Assembly: GCA_963662355.1 (NCBI GenBank)
Contig: OY759361.1
Coordinates: 1,865,668 to 1,929,667, forward strand
Source of the DNA: Gammaproteobacteria bacterium
GTDB lineage: Bacteria > Pseudomonadota > Gammaproteobacteria > UBA4575
DNA length: 64,000 nucleotides
Direction: 5' to 3'
Shown here piece by piece: positions 9,968 through 20,270 of the stretch. Both the position numbers and the translations under genes were made by a program. The notes beneath the pieces are model-generated. The model was not told the origin of the DNA. It ran no database searches and saw nothing but the letters and a program-made list of their open reading frames with translations. Every line of letters begins with the position of its first letter. Position 1 is the first letter of the stretch.

Positions 9968-10930
9968 TCACAGTGTTCCTAGCCCAACTGCAAAGATACT
10001 AGCTACCGTCAGGTCCGCTGTTGTTCCCGGGTTAATTCGATCACGCCTGAGTTGGTCATCGATTTCCAGTAATCGTGCCTCATACCTGATTGGCGAATCC
10101 GAACGGTAGAATTCCTTTTCAAGTGGGGTGATCATATCACTAATTTCCCGAGCTTTTAATACACCGAATTTTCGTTCGATCAGGCTATCCGGAAATCTTG
10201 ATAGAAAGGCTAGGAACAATCCAGTTGCAGCCCAGCACTCATCATTCCAACGTGCCATCAATGCTTCAAAATGGGGCGCCCCAAAAAACAGAATATCGTG
10301 GTAATTATTTGAATACTGGTTAGCTATGCGGTCCCAAGAGGAAGCATATTTCATTGTATTTAATAGGGTTACCGTAGGCTCTTCATATATATCTTGATTT
10401 TGCTTGTGCCCCATCCCGCCTGGTTCTGCCATACGAATGGCCTGATATACTTTTTTTGCATCCTGCACTGTGGATTGCCGCAGAACTGCCCATAGCGACT
10501 TTGCGAGATCGGAACCTGTTTCCCTCCTCAGGCAGGCTTGAATCAAAGGCGCGACAAGCAGAATGATCCCAAGATTGGTATTTGTACCTACTGCCAGGTG
10601 TGTAGCTTGGACTGCCCGCAAAACCCGTTCTCCCAGTGTCAGGGCAGGGGCAGCCATAGATTCGGCACTGACCTGCGCACTGCTCAGGAAATCTTCAACA
10701 CTGGGTACAGAATCACTTGAGTGAATTCCCGTATTCCCGGGCTTTAGTGCATGCATATCAACCCAGCATACATGCCTGTACAGGTCCGCCAGCTTTGGAC
10801 TCAATGAACCCTGATTACGCATACTGCTGTACACAGTAAAAGGGAGAAAATCTGAAACAGGCTCATGATTCTTGCCTAGCGCAGAAACGCTCAATTTTGG
10901 ATTTTTCTGGATCGTACAGTACCGGAACAC
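9968..10930 (-). CDS. CitG/MdcB-like triphosphoribosyl-dephospho-CoA synthase homologue (orf9-type H4MPT biosynthesis protein)
   Basis: 320-aa ORF with the ATP-binding region ...LAVGTNTNLGIILLVAPL... and the conserved C-terminal ...GTTADLTVASIF typical of the CitG family. Confidence 0.6.
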   Translation of the reverse strand: MFRYCTIQKNPKLSVSALGKNHEPVSDFLPFTVYSSMRNQGSLSPKLADLYRHVCWVDMHALKPGNTGIHSSDSVPSVEDFLSSAQVSAESMAAPALTLGERVLRAVQATHLAVGTNTNLGIILLVAPLIQACLRRETGSDLAKSLWAVLRQSTVQDAKKVYQAIRMAEPGGMGHKQNQDIYEEPTVTLLNTMKYASSWDRIANQYSNNYHDILFFGAPHFEALMARWNDECWAATGLFLAFLSRFPDSLIERKFGVLKAREISDMITPLEKEFYRSDSPIRYEARLLEIDDQLRRDRINPGTTADLTVASIFAVGLGTL

Positions 10931-11817
10931 TGCTGCAAACTACTCAGGAAATGCTCGACCAGCTTCTCTGCGACTATAATTTTGCTGACACTTTGCAGGC
11001 CCCGCCATGCAGGAATGCTATTCACTTCAGTAACCCACAAATTTTGATTCTGATCACACATGACATCGACGCCACCGTAATACATATCAACCGCTTTTAC
11101 AGCTTCTCTGGCAATCCCGGTAAATTTTTCATCCAGCACTGCTGGATAGCACTTCCCTCCCGTTGCCACATTGGTAATCCAGCCACTACCTTGCCTTTTC
11201 ATCATTGCAACAACCTGGTCTCCTATTACGAATAGTCTCCAGTCATAAGCATCTTCTGAACCCGTCTCAATATATCTTTGCAAATAATAAATCCTGTTAC
11301 ATATTGTAAAATCAGTCATATCGCCAAGTTTGGTAATTAACTGCAGGTTTTTCCCCTGGGAGCCAAACAGGGGTTTCATTACAACCTTGTACCCTAGCTC
11401 CAACTGCTGACGTATGAAGGAATATGCATCATGAACATTGTTCCCGACCCAGGTTGGAGGAGTCAAAAGACCTGCATGACTAAGCAGAAAACTGGTCATG
11501 CCTTTGTCAACACTGCGTTCAATGGCACGAACTTCGTTATACACAAATACATTCAGTTCACGCAGTGCATGCAGGATATCCAGATAAAAAACGACTTCTT
11601 CGAGAGATCCTCCCGGCACCCCACGCACAAATACTCCGTCAGGCAAACACCCACTAAAACCGGGAATAAACAGACTCCCCGGACCTAGCCCCGTCTCAAA
11701 ATGACAGTTCGTCAATGAAACATTTGTACATTGATGGCCCTTAGCGCAGAAAGCCTTGTGCAGTTCTTTTCCGTGCCAGCCAGGATCATCAGTGATAATC
11801 GCAATATGCCGAGACAT
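10891..11817 (-). CDS. mptN: RimK-type ATP-grasp ligase (tetrahydromethanopterin:alpha-L-glutamate ligase-like)
   Basis: 308-aa ORF with the RimK-like ATP-grasp core (VVMKPLFGSQGKNLQLI..., WVTEVNSIPAW). Confidence 0.65.
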   Translation of the reverse strand: MSRHIAIITDDPGWHGKELHKAFCAKGHQCTNVSLTNCHFETGLGPGSLFIPGFSGCLPDGVFVRGVPGGSLEEVVFYLDILHALRELNVFVYNEVRAIERSVDKGMTSFLLSHAGLLTPPTWVGNNVHDAYSFIRQQLELGYKVVMKPLFGSQGKNLQLITKLGDMTDFTICNRIYYLQRYIETGSEDAYDWRLFVIGDQVVAMMKRQGSGWITNVATGGKCYPAVLDEKFTGIAREAVKAVDMYYGGVDVMCDQNQNLWVTEVNSIPAWRGLQSVSKIIVAEKLVEHFLSSLQQCSGTVRSRKIQN

Positions 11818-11819
11818 GA

Positions 11820-12773
11820 CTAGGAAAAGGATTTTGCAAGCAGGTCAGGCGCCAGATTTCCACCCCTGAAGGTTCTACCGCTATCAACCGAAGTGACTGC
11901 AACCCAGGCAGGACTGAACAGCATGGGATCAATTTTGAAAAAGTCATACCCACAGTCTTTGAGAATCCTAGCAAATGGTTTGCCATAATCGGGCGATGAA
12001 CTTGATGGAAGATCCAGTGCAAGTTTTTCCGCACGTGTATCGTCCCCTTGGACAAACAGGTGCACTCGTCCAGCAAACAAGATTGCTGTATTGGTACGCT
12101 CCATAGCTGTCACAAAATCGGGTACTGGTGGAGAAAGTGGTGCACTTGCAGAGCCGTCCAGCACATCATCCAGAGGAAACCCTAGTGTATGAACCTTGTG
12201 CATGGCAACTTCCAGCACTCTGGAAACTACCTGGACATTACCTGCAATCGAACGGGTCGGAGTCAGAATGAAGGTCAGGGCAGCCGGAGTCAATCTGCAT
12301 GTCTCAGCAATCCTGTTAATCAGTGCAACAGGTGGCAACTGATCTACCTCAAGTACAAACGTTGCGCTGTCACAAGTATCCTCATAGCCCAAATCTTCAA
12401 AAAGGGACTCTTTTCGCGCTATAGCACGGCCCGGACCTGATCCCAAGGCATGAAATTTTTCATGTGACAGACTCCAGCCCGCATACTGGCTGGCAAGGCA
12501 TGCCAGAACCGGATTACACGTATGTACATGCAAGGAAAGTGGCCAGTCACTCACAGCCGCTGTATGGCAAAGCGTTACTTTTCCCAAGCCCCCCATACAG
12601 ATTTCACCAATCACCCTGCCAGCTTCAAGCCCACCTGCGCAATCTATACCTGCATCGATATATTTCGCACCATTACTGAACTCACCCACGATGACTCTCA
12701 AGGCGTCACTTTTATCAATTAGCTCCTGAACTAACGGCTTGGCCAATTGGTTCACACTTACATTTTGCATCAT
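11820..12773 (-). CDS. mch: methenyltetrahydromethanopterin cyclohydrolase
   Basis: 317-aa ORF, Mch length and pattern (MMQNVSVNQLAKPLVQEL...); sits between mptN-like and the ATP-grasp gene next to mtdB, as in methylotroph islands. Confidence 0.8.
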   Translation of the reverse strand: MMQNVSVNQLAKPLVQELIDKSDALRVIVGEFSNGAKYIDAGIDCAGGLEAGRVIGEICMGGLGKVTLCHTAAVSDWPLSLHVHTCNPVLACLASQYAGWSLSHEKFHALGSGPGRAIARKESLFEDLGYEDTCDSATFVLEVDQLPPVALINRIAETCRLTPAALTFILTPTRSIAGNVQVVSRVLEVAMHKVHTLGFPLDDVLDGSASAPLSPPVPDFVTAMERTNTAILFAGRVHLFVQGDDTRAEKLALDLPSSSSPDYGKPFARILKDCGYDFFKIDPMLFSPAWVAVTSVDSGRTFRGGNLAPDLLAKSFS

Positions 12774-12792
12774 CTGTTCTCTTGTCTTAAAT

Positions 12793-13983
12793 TCAAGATT
12801 TATTCTCTGGTCCGCACAAGTTTTTCAAAATCATCTTTTTCCGGGTACAAACCATCGCACGCACTTGAGCTGCATTTTGACCTCCTGCAAATACACTGCA
12901 TATAGGTTCATTTGTTTGAATGACATTTTTCGGGCGCGGTCGATCTGCTGTCCACAAAGGCCAGTTAAAGCCAATCGGCACCTGTACTGGTTTTGTAGCG
13001 TAAACAATCGCATGCGCACGTAAATGCGGCGTGCCCTTCGCCGGGCTGAGTTTAGCATGTAGACACGCATCCATATGTTCCTTGATTAGATTTCCATGCC
13101 TGGTTTCGTATAATCCATAGGTTGCAGGGATACGCGGATTGATTTCCAGCACATAGGCCTGACCATTATCAAGAATAAAGTCGATACTGTTCAAGCCGAC
13201 AAGATCAAATTCACATGTAAGGCGGGTTGCATAATCTAAAACGGTACAACGTTGCTCTTCGGTAAGATTGGCCTGATTGACAGCCCCTTGGTACAGGTAA
13301 GGCTTGCCTGGGCCTGATGCCCGGCTCCACAAGGTATTGAATCCCAATGCCTTTATTTTTTGACCATTTGCCAGAAACGTCAGGGAAAAATTTATGCCAT
13401 TCATTTTCCTTTGAAGATATGTATTTTGATCGTGTACAAACTGTTCAGGACATGCAGTAACACCCATACCGCCCGTACTCCTTGAGTTTTTCAGTAACCA
13501 CAAGCTACTGTCACCCCGAACAGGCTTGAAACGTATCTCAGGATACGGAATTGACTTTGTGTCAAGTGCCGGAAAAAATACTTTTGGATCTTTACACCTG
13601 CGAAGCGTGGCACTTGAATTCCCGATGACACTGTCAACTGCAATGGCATCCAAGATATCTGGGGCAGATTCCAGGGCTGCGTCATAAAACAGGCCTTTCA
13701 GACAATTCTCACTCTGCAACCTGTGTACAGCACCAAGTACTTCAGCCCTATCCAGCCCGAATCGTGTACGTGATACTTTTTGACTGACAACTGCTGCTGC
13801 ACAAGTATCCATATCTGCAAATCCATCGATCACAGCCACAGGAGAGCCGCTGGCTTTCAGAGCTTCAGCGATGGCACGACCTGAAATCGCTACAACCAGA
13901 TAAATCTGCCTACCCCTGGGTAATCTCCCGGGCAACCTCGAATGCATGCTCAAAATGCAAATAGACGGGCTTGTCTGTGTCAC
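12793..13983 (-). CDS. ATP-grasp domain protein (MfnD/orf5-like ligase)
   Basis: 396-aa ORF with C-terminal YVLEINPRIPATYGLYE. The called start overlaps mtdB by 74 nt, so the true start is probably internal. Confidence 0.55.
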   Translation of the reverse strand: MTQTSPSICILSMHSRLPGRLPRGRQIYLVVAISGRAIAEALKASGSPVAVIDGFADMDTCAAAVVSQKVSRTRFGLDRAEVLGAVHRLQSENCLKGLFYDAALESAPDILDAIAVDSVIGNSSATLRRCKDPKVFFPALDTKSIPYPEIRFKPVRGDSSLWLLKNSRSTGGMGVTACPEQFVHDQNTYLQRKMNGINFSLTFLANGQKIKALGFNTLWSRASGPGKPYLYQGAVNQANLTEEQRCTVLDYATRLTCEFDLVGLNSIDFILDNGQAYVLEINPRIPATYGLYETRHGNLIKEHMDACLHAKLSPAKGTPHLRAHAIVYATKPVQVPIGFNWPLWTADRPRPKNVIQTNEPICSVFAGGQNAAQVRAMVCTRKKMILKNLCGPENKS

Positions 13984-14812
13984 GCATTTTCTGCAAAAGC
14001 CTGTGCTGGGCCTGATATTTCACATTACCGATAACCAGCGCACCAATCCCTACTGCACCACTGCTGGATCCTGCAACAGGTTTACAATTCCCCATCACGT
14101 CTAGTCCTGAAATTCCCGAAGGTGGTACAGCGTTCACGTCTGCAGCAACCTTCAGCTTGTCTGAGCTTTCAATATGTTCGGCAGATACGAGCTGTACCCC
14201 AGCCGCTACTGAGGCTAGAACTACATCTGCATTTTGTATCACCTCATCAATCATATCGTTGGCTTCCCCTTGTATGTCTGTGACACCGTCACCGTATTCC
14301 CGGTTACACAATTCTGCCATTTGCTCAGACTTTTCTTTTTTCCGACCCAGAATCTGTACACTGGCACCCGCCTTGGCCGCCAGAAGTGCAGCTGTGGAAC
14401 CGACCGGGCCGGTACCTCCCAATACCACGACATGCCTTCCTTGCAAATTTGTACCGAATTTTTCTTCAAGGGCCTGTTCCACACAGGCCATCATTCCAGC
14501 TGCCGTCGTAAATGCGCCACTGGGGTCTGCGAAACAGGAGACCTCGAAAGGCGGAACCATGGATCCTTGGCAAATTTTCATCATTTCCATGGCAAGATGC
14601 ATGTCCCTTCCACCCAAGAACACTCCAGTTCTCTTCACTCCAACTGGCCCACGGGAAAAAATTGCATCCTGAACCAAGGCCTGTATTTCGTCTTTCTCAA
14701 CATGCGTATAGCCCATCGTATGATCCCACCCAGCATCCAGTGCCATATTTACGTCGAATGGACTCAAATTTTTAGCCGGGGTAAACATATGTAGTATGTA
14801 TGGTTTTTCCAT
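13910..14812 (-). CDS. mtdB: NAD(P)-dependent methylene-tetrahydromethanopterin dehydrogenase
   Basis: 300-aa ORF with a Rossmann motif VVVLGGTGPVGSTAA and MtdA/MtdB-like N-terminus (LSPFDVNMALDAGWDHTMGY). Confidence 0.8.
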   Translation of the reverse strand: MEKPYILHMFTPAKNLSPFDVNMALDAGWDHTMGYTHVEKDEIQALVQDAIFSRGPVGVKRTGVFLGGRDMHLAMEMMKICQGSMVPPFEVSCFADPSGAFTTAAGMMACVEQALEEKFGTNLQGRHVVVLGGTGPVGSTAALLAAKAGASVQILGRKKEKSEQMAELCNREYGDGVTDIQGEANDMIDEVIQNADVVLASVAAGVQLVSAEHIESSDKLKVAADVNAVPPSGISGLDVMGNCKPVAGSSSGAVGIGALVIGNVKYQAQHRLLQKMRDTDKPVYLHFEHAFEVAREITQG

Positions 14813-14889
14813 TGTTATCTCTCACAATAAATTCTGTGTAAATAATTCACCCAACACCATATCTAGTGGGGTGCCTCATGCTTTGAATT

Positions 14890-15885
14890 TCAGGATTTTG
14901 CTGCTTTTGACAAAGAGACTGTGTCTTGCTGCTGAATAACTGCTCCAGTGTTTCGTCCGGATACTATTTTGAATTGCAAATCCTTATTACTCTTAAATCC
15001 AATTCGCAGCTCACGTAACAGCATACGCGCCTGTGCATCACTATCGACGAAAGCAAACCCCATGGGGCCCCATGAACTCTGCCCGACGCCCTCAATACCC
15101 AACGACTCTGCATAACCGATTGCCTCACCGACAGCTCGACTAGTATAGCGCCCACCTTGTTCCGATGCGAAAAAATCGCCCATGCACCTTTGCAGTCCGC
15201 GAATACCTTTGCTGAAAGCCCCCAAATCCTGTTCAGAAACTGCAGGCAAAATCTGCATCAGCACCAAGCGACACAGATATGCCGCAATTTCTGAAGAAAA
15301 TGGAGGCAAGGCAGAAAATGATGTACTTTCATCAATTCCATACAAACCATGTAAGGTCGTATCGATAATCAATACTATGCGCCAGCCAGGTGGGAACTGT
15401 ATCCGGGATACTATCGGGGGGATGGAATTGCTAGCATTCCTTCCAGCATCCAGCAAGAATCCTCCCTGTTGAAATGCACCAATTCCAACCCCGGACCTTG
15501 TCCCACGAGCCAGTGTTACAGCAATATCCTGGCAGGAACAATCCAGCGAATAGAGCCTAGAAATTGCAGTCCCGACAGCGAGTGCCAGCTGGGTGCCTGA
15601 ACCCAGACCTGAGTGAGCAGGAATCTGCTCAAGTACTTGAATTTGGCAACCACCTGTCAATCCCTTGCATGCAAAAAATTTTTCAGCGAGTTTCTGGACA
15701 TGTCCGGCTGGCTCGCCAGACACACTGATGTAATCCTTGCGCTGGGCTACAATTCGTGTCGCTATACCATCGAGTGTAAGTCCAAGGCTTCCAAATCGCC
15801 TTCCTAAACCACCCTCCAGATCCATAAATCCGAGGTGTAGTCGGGCTGGCGCCTCTATAAAGACGGGCAGGCTGTTCATAGGCAT
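14890..15885 (-). CDS. mptG: beta-ribofuranosylaminobenzene 5'-phosphate synthase (GHMP-kinase fold)
   Basis: 331-aa ORF with a GHMP-kinase ATP-binding-like motif PAHSGLGSGTQLALAV; first committed H4MPT biosynthesis enzyme family. Confidence 0.7.
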   Translation of the reverse strand: MPMNSLPVFIEAPARLHLGFMDLEGGLGRRFGSLGLTLDGIATRIVAQRKDYISVSGEPAGHVQKLAEKFFACKGLTGGCQIQVLEQIPAHSGLGSGTQLALAVGTAISRLYSLDCSCQDIAVTLARGTRSGVGIGAFQQGGFLLDAGRNASNSIPPIVSRIQFPPGWRIVLIIDTTLHGLYGIDESTSFSALPPFSSEIAAYLCRLVLMQILPAVSEQDLGAFSKGIRGLQRCMGDFFASEQGGRYTSRAVGEAIGYAESLGIEGVGQSSWGPMGFAFVDSDAQARMLLRELRIGFKSNKDLQFKIVSGRNTGAVIQQQDTVSLSKAAKS

Positions 15886-16393
15886 TATTTTATTAGATTC
15901 TGTCTACCTGACTCTATAAATTTTCGTAAAAATATAAAAGAAGTATTTTCAATACTAAGGCTTTAGAATATCTGGACAAAATGCTCAGCAGCCGAGCTTG
16001 CCAGAAGGCTGATCGTGCTAGCAGCAAGCTGGAATCACTTTTCAGACACTTGCGTATAGACTCTTACTGATGGTTACAGCCATTTCAACAGGTAGTAAAT
16101 AATTTGTCCTTCCGATGACTTGGACGGACCGAGCACCTTGGCTGCAAATCTCTTGTCGTCCGGTTCGGATGAAGCCTGGGCCTGTTCAGCACTGTCCTTA
16201 ATCTCTACACAGTTTGCAGCAAACCGGCTGCGGCTGCGCTTCGGCACATATACTACAGCGTATCGAATTTTTGATATGCCGCCCTCAGGGTCTGGTGGTA
16301 CCAAGCCTCTCAACCTTAGCCCCCCTGCATAATCGTCTCGCACCCAACTAGGAATGCGCTGTTAAAGTTCAGAATGATACACCTTGCGACGAA

Positions 16394-17770
16394 TTACGCC
16401 TTTCTCCAACTTGATGTCCCATCGGACCGGTCCTGAACCTGAATCCCCATTGCTTTAAGTTGATTTCGGATTTCATCGGCCCGCTTGAAATCTCTTTCGT
16501 TTTTGGCGCTGGCTCTTTGCTCTAGAAGAGCCAGAATCTCCATTTCATCAATTTCATTTGTTCCCCGAAACCATGCCGCTGGATCTTGCTGCAAGATTCC
16601 TAATATTTTCCCTGCTGCCAGCAACTGTTTTTTGAGCACTTGTCTTGAATCATGACTAAATACCGTATTCACTTGTTTAGCCAATTTGTGCAATTCTGCA
16701 ATGGCAGCAGGGGTATTCAGATCATCTTTTAACGCATCCATGAACGCTACAGGCATGTCTTCAGCAGATACATCGACATCAACATCATCCAGCTTTTGTA
16801 GAACCTCGTAAAGTCGGTCCAAGTTTCGACACGACTGGTTCAGTACTTGATCTGTCCAGTCCAGAGGACTTCGATAGTGTGTACCCAGAAGTGTAAACCG
16901 GACAGCCTCTCCCGATGCCTGTTCCAGCAGATCCTGCACCAGTAAAATGTTGCCCAGTGACTTGGACATCTTTTCGTGGTTGACGTTTACGAAACCATTA
17001 TGCATCCAGTAGCGACTGAACAGTTTTCCATGATGTGCACAGGTACTTTGTGCCCTCTCATTCTCATGATGAGGAAAAATCAGGTCCTGTCCACCACCAT
17101 GTATATCAATTGTCTCACCTAGGTGCTGTTCAATCATTGTAGAACACTCGATATGCCAACCCGGTCTGCCTGCCCCCCAAGGACTGTCCCACGCCGGTTG
17201 ATCCTCTCCAGAAGGCTTCCACAAGACAAAATCAGCATCATCCTTTTTAAAAGGTGCCACATCCACCCGCGCACCTGCGATCAATTCTTTCAGATTACGG
17301 CCGGACAAAACCCCATACTCATGATAGGAAGGAACATGGAATAATACGTGTCCCTCGGCTTCATAAGCATTTCCTGCCACAATCAGGCGTTTGATCATGT
17401 CAATGATCTGCGGCATGTGCTCGGTTACTTTCGGCTCAATAGATGGTGGTAAGACACCAAGATCTGCCATATTCTGATGATATGTCCTGGTATACCGGGC
17501 ACTGATTTGACCAATTGAAATCCCCTCACTTACCGCGGCTGCATTAATCTTGTCATCTACATCCGTGATATTGCGCACGTAGATGACATGACCAAACTCA
17601 TGCATCAGTAACCGGTAAAACACATCAAATACAACAGCAGGACGTGCATTCCCTATATGAGGAAAGCTATAGACAGTTGGACCACAGACATACATGGTTA
17701 CACGCTTTGGATCTGCAGGAATAAACTCCTCTTTTCTGCGTGCAACCGTGTTGTAAATTTGGATCGTCAT
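16394..17770 (-). CDS. cysS: cysteine--tRNA ligase
   Basis: 458-aa ORF with HIGNARP (HIGH) and KMSKSLGN motifs and Zn-binding Cys residues. Confidence 0.95.
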   Translation of the reverse strand: MTIQIYNTVARRKEEFIPADPKRVTMYVCGPTVYSFPHIGNARPAVVFDVFYRLLMHEFGHVIYVRNITDVDDKINAAAVSEGISIGQISARYTRTYHQNMADLGVLPPSIEPKVTEHMPQIIDMIKRLIVAGNAYEAEGHVLFHVPSYHEYGVLSGRNLKELIAGARVDVAPFKKDDADFVLWKPSGEDQPAWDSPWGAGRPGWHIECSTMIEQHLGETIDIHGGGQDLIFPHHENERAQSTCAHHGKLFSRYWMHNGFVNVNHEKMSKSLGNILLVQDLLEQASGEAVRFTLLGTHYRSPLDWTDQVLNQSCRNLDRLYEVLQKLDDVDVDVSAEDMPVAFMDALKDDLNTPAAIAELHKLAKQVNTVFSHDSRQVLKKQLLAAGKILGILQQDPAAWFRGTNEIDEMEILALLEQRASAKNERDFKRADEIRNQLKAMGIQVQDRSDGTSSWRKA

Positions 17771-17816
17771 GATTGGTCAGAAGCCTTCCCTGACTCCTCA
17801 GGCAGTTGCAAACAGC

Positions 17817-18203
17817 TTATTCCGGTTCTCCCTGCCACAGCATCTCGTACCCTATTTCATAGGTCTCAATTGTATGCTGGGTCAAAGCTTCAAACTTTTC
17901 CTTGAATACCTCATCAGCATGAGACTGTTCATGCTGATCAAAGGATTGCCAATAGGTTACAATTGCAACATGCTCCTCAGTCTGGTTTTTTGAAGCAATT
18001 GAGCCTTCATCAGAGACAAATCCAGCAAACTTATATACCTGCCCTCCTATAAAACCGCCTTTGACATTGCCATAGGTGTTCTTAACCACATTACACATCT
18101 CTCCCAAGGCAAGCTGTATATCCTCTTCAGACACGTTTTCTTTTAGCTTGACAACGTTGTATAACATCACACAGCCAAATGGAATACTAAGCGAACCAAA
18201 CAT
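17817..18203 (-). CDS. hypothetical protein (128 aa)
   Basis: ORF with coding-like composition between cysS and fprA; no recognisable motif. Confidence 0.35.
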   Translation of the reverse strand: MFGSLSIPFGCVMLYNVVKLKENVSEEDIQLALGEMCNVVKNTYGNVKGGFIGGQVYKFAGFVSDEGSIASKNQTEEHVAIVTYWQSFDQHEQSHADEVFKEKFEALTQHTIETYEIGYEMLWQGEPE

Positions 18204-18410
18204 TTCAACTCCTTGGCCTCATAAGGACCCAGTCATCACATACAAATGCATACTCTATTCCATTTCATAACCCAAGGAAATAAAGTACCGTAACACCAAA
18301 CGATGTAGATGCTCCTGCTGACACCGGTGCCAGAGATATTCGGAATTCAGGATCAAGAAATGCCTGTCAGTTGCACAGGCACTGAGGTAAAAACGTAAGA
18401 AAACCCAGTC

Positions 18411-19790
18411 TCAGCTGTTTGCTGCAGCCAGCATCTCATCACAATAAGTGAATTTTTCGCGTGGCTTGCCCTTAGGTTCTCCTGCCGCAACTTCTGCAGC
18501 ATCAACCTTTTCCCATTGTGCGTAATTGATGTACTGTACACCATTACGATCCAAAACAGCATACAGACCTTCACGACCGGGCTTGTCTGAACCGAATTGG
18601 TCGATATCTTCAAGCACAGCACTGACAGACTCAACAGCGCAGGCACGATTGGTTCCGATGATTCCTGAAGGACCCCGCTTGATCCAACCAGCTGTATACA
18701 GACCAGGTAATACATTGCCACCGTGCTCTACTGTAATACGTCCGGTTTCATTTGGAATGGTTCCCCAGCGTTCATAGAATGGTACACCAGGGATAGGAAC
18801 CCCGTTATACCCGATACTGCGGAACAAGATTCCACATTCGATTTCCATCGTCTTACCAGTACCCTTGGCTGACTGCTTGAAGGGTTCACCTGATAATTCA
18901 TTGACTTCAAAAACAACCTTTTGCAGCCGGCGGTCTCCTTCCAGGCGGATAGGGCTTTTTAAAAAGGTTGAAATACAGGTCCGTTGCTTGCCTGTATCCT
19001 CCGATTCTGCAAATTTTTGGAATATTTCTAGATTCTTTTTATTTCCCCTACCCTCTTTGGAATCAATTTCCCGTTGACTTGTTGTGTTCAAGTCAAGCTC
19101 AACTGGATCTATATAGGGGCGACAATTTTCAATCTCTAGGAATTCCTTGAGTTCTTTTGAGGCAAATTTTGCCTGTGCTGGCCCGCGTCGACCGACCACG
19201 TAAATTTTTCTGACTTTACTCTCTGCGAGTACATCCAGTGCATGCTGTGCAATGTCCGTATGCTTCAGTTCATCCACTGATTTTGCCAGAATTCTAGCCA
19301 CATCTGCTGCTACATTGCCCTGGCCTATGACTACAGCATTTTCATGGGACAGATCAAAGGTTCGATCCCGGTAGTCGGGATGTCCGTTATACCAGCCCAC
19401 AAATTCAGTGGCTGTATAGCTGCCGTTTAATTCTTCGCCAGGTATTCCAAGTTTACGATCCGTTTCAGCACCACATGTATAAATTACGGCGTGGTATGTC
19501 TCCTGCAGTTCTTGTGCCTTGATATCTTCACCAACCGTGACATTACCGACGAAATTGAACTCTGGACTTTGTGCAATTTTCTTGTATACCTCAATTGCCT
19601 GCTTAAGCTTGGGATGATCGGGCGCGACACCATTTCGGACGAGACCAAACGGAGCCGGGAGTCTTTCGATTAAATCAATCTCTACCTTCTGGTCTGACTT
19701 GATTAATGCCTCGGTCGCATAAAACCCGCTAGGACCGCTTCCCACAATTGCTACACGTAACGGATTAGATTCACTGCCTATACTGCCCAT
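18411..19790 (-). CDS. FprA-type NADPH:ferredoxin reductase (adrenodoxin-reductase family)
   Basis: 459-aa ORF with N-terminal FAD site VAIVGSGPSGFYA and a second NADP site VVIGQGNVAADVARIL. Confidence 0.8.
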   Translation of the reverse strand: MGSIGSESNPLRVAIVGSGPSGFYATEALIKSDQKVEIDLIERLPAPFGLVRNGVAPDHPKLKQAIEVYKKIAQSPEFNFVGNVTVGEDIKAQELQETYHAVIYTCGAETDRKLGIPGEELNGSYTATEFVGWYNGHPDYRDRTFDLSHENAVVIGQGNVAADVARILAKSVDELKHTDIAQHALDVLAESKVRKIYVVGRRGPAQAKFASKELKEFLEIENCRPYIDPVELDLNTTSQREIDSKEGRGNKKNLEIFQKFAESEDTGKQRTCISTFLKSPIRLEGDRRLQKVVFEVNELSGEPFKQSAKGTGKTMEIECGILFRSIGYNGVPIPGVPFYERWGTIPNETGRITVEHGGNVLPGLYTAGWIKRGPSGIIGTNRACAVESVSAVLEDIDQFGSDKPGREGLYAVLDRNGVQYINYAQWEKVDAAEVAAGEPKGKPREKFTYCDEMLAAANS

Positions 19791-19888
19791 GAAATATTCC
19801 TGAACTTAGCTCCTGCTTGACAACTCTTAAAACACAGAAAACAACAAAATGATGGAATCCACTACAGCATCATTAATCATACATACAC

Positions 19889-20194
19889 CTAGAAGCCTAA
19901 ATCTGCCTTACGACCTTCCGCTTCGGGCAGAGGATCCATAGGTTCTTCTATTAATGGCAGATCAGGAGCTTTTTCTGCGTTGATTTCGACCCACTGTTCC
20001 TGACCTTCAGGCAAGTCATCTTCTTCAAAAATTGCTTCAACCGGGCACTCTGGGATGCATGCACTGCAATCAATGCAAACATCCGGATCTATATAAACCA
20101 TTTCATCATCAAAGTGAAAGCATGCAACAGGGCATACTGCAACACAATCTGTGAATCGACAGCCTTTACAATTTTCTGTTACAACCGTAGTCAT
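19889..20194 (-). CDS. fdxA: 7Fe ferredoxin ([3Fe-4S][4Fe-4S], FdxA-type)
   Basis: 101-aa ORF with CKGCRFTDCVAVCPVAC and CIDCSACIPECP cysteine clusters, co-linear with Azotobacter-type FdI. Confidence 0.85.
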   Translation of the reverse strand: MTTVVTENCKGCRFTDCVAVCPVACFHFDDEMVYIDPDVCIDCSACIPECPVEAIFEEDDLPEGQEQWVEINAEKAPDLPLIEEPMDPLPEAEGRKADLGF

Positions 20195-20270
20195 GTAACT
20201 CTCTCCTATACTGTGAACAGCATCAGATTATACATACCGAAGACATGATAGATGTTACGAGCAATTCTCA

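Noticed and set aside
14157-14794. Long antisense ORFs inside mtdB (171 and 186 aa). The same pattern occurs inside nadB (43199-43631), aceA (52096-52412), the MBL gene (53597-54064) and livG (57698-58255).
   Set aside because: They sit entirely within well-supported genes on the opposite strand, have low-complexity or Cys/Ser-rich composition typical of antisense frames, and have no independent signals.
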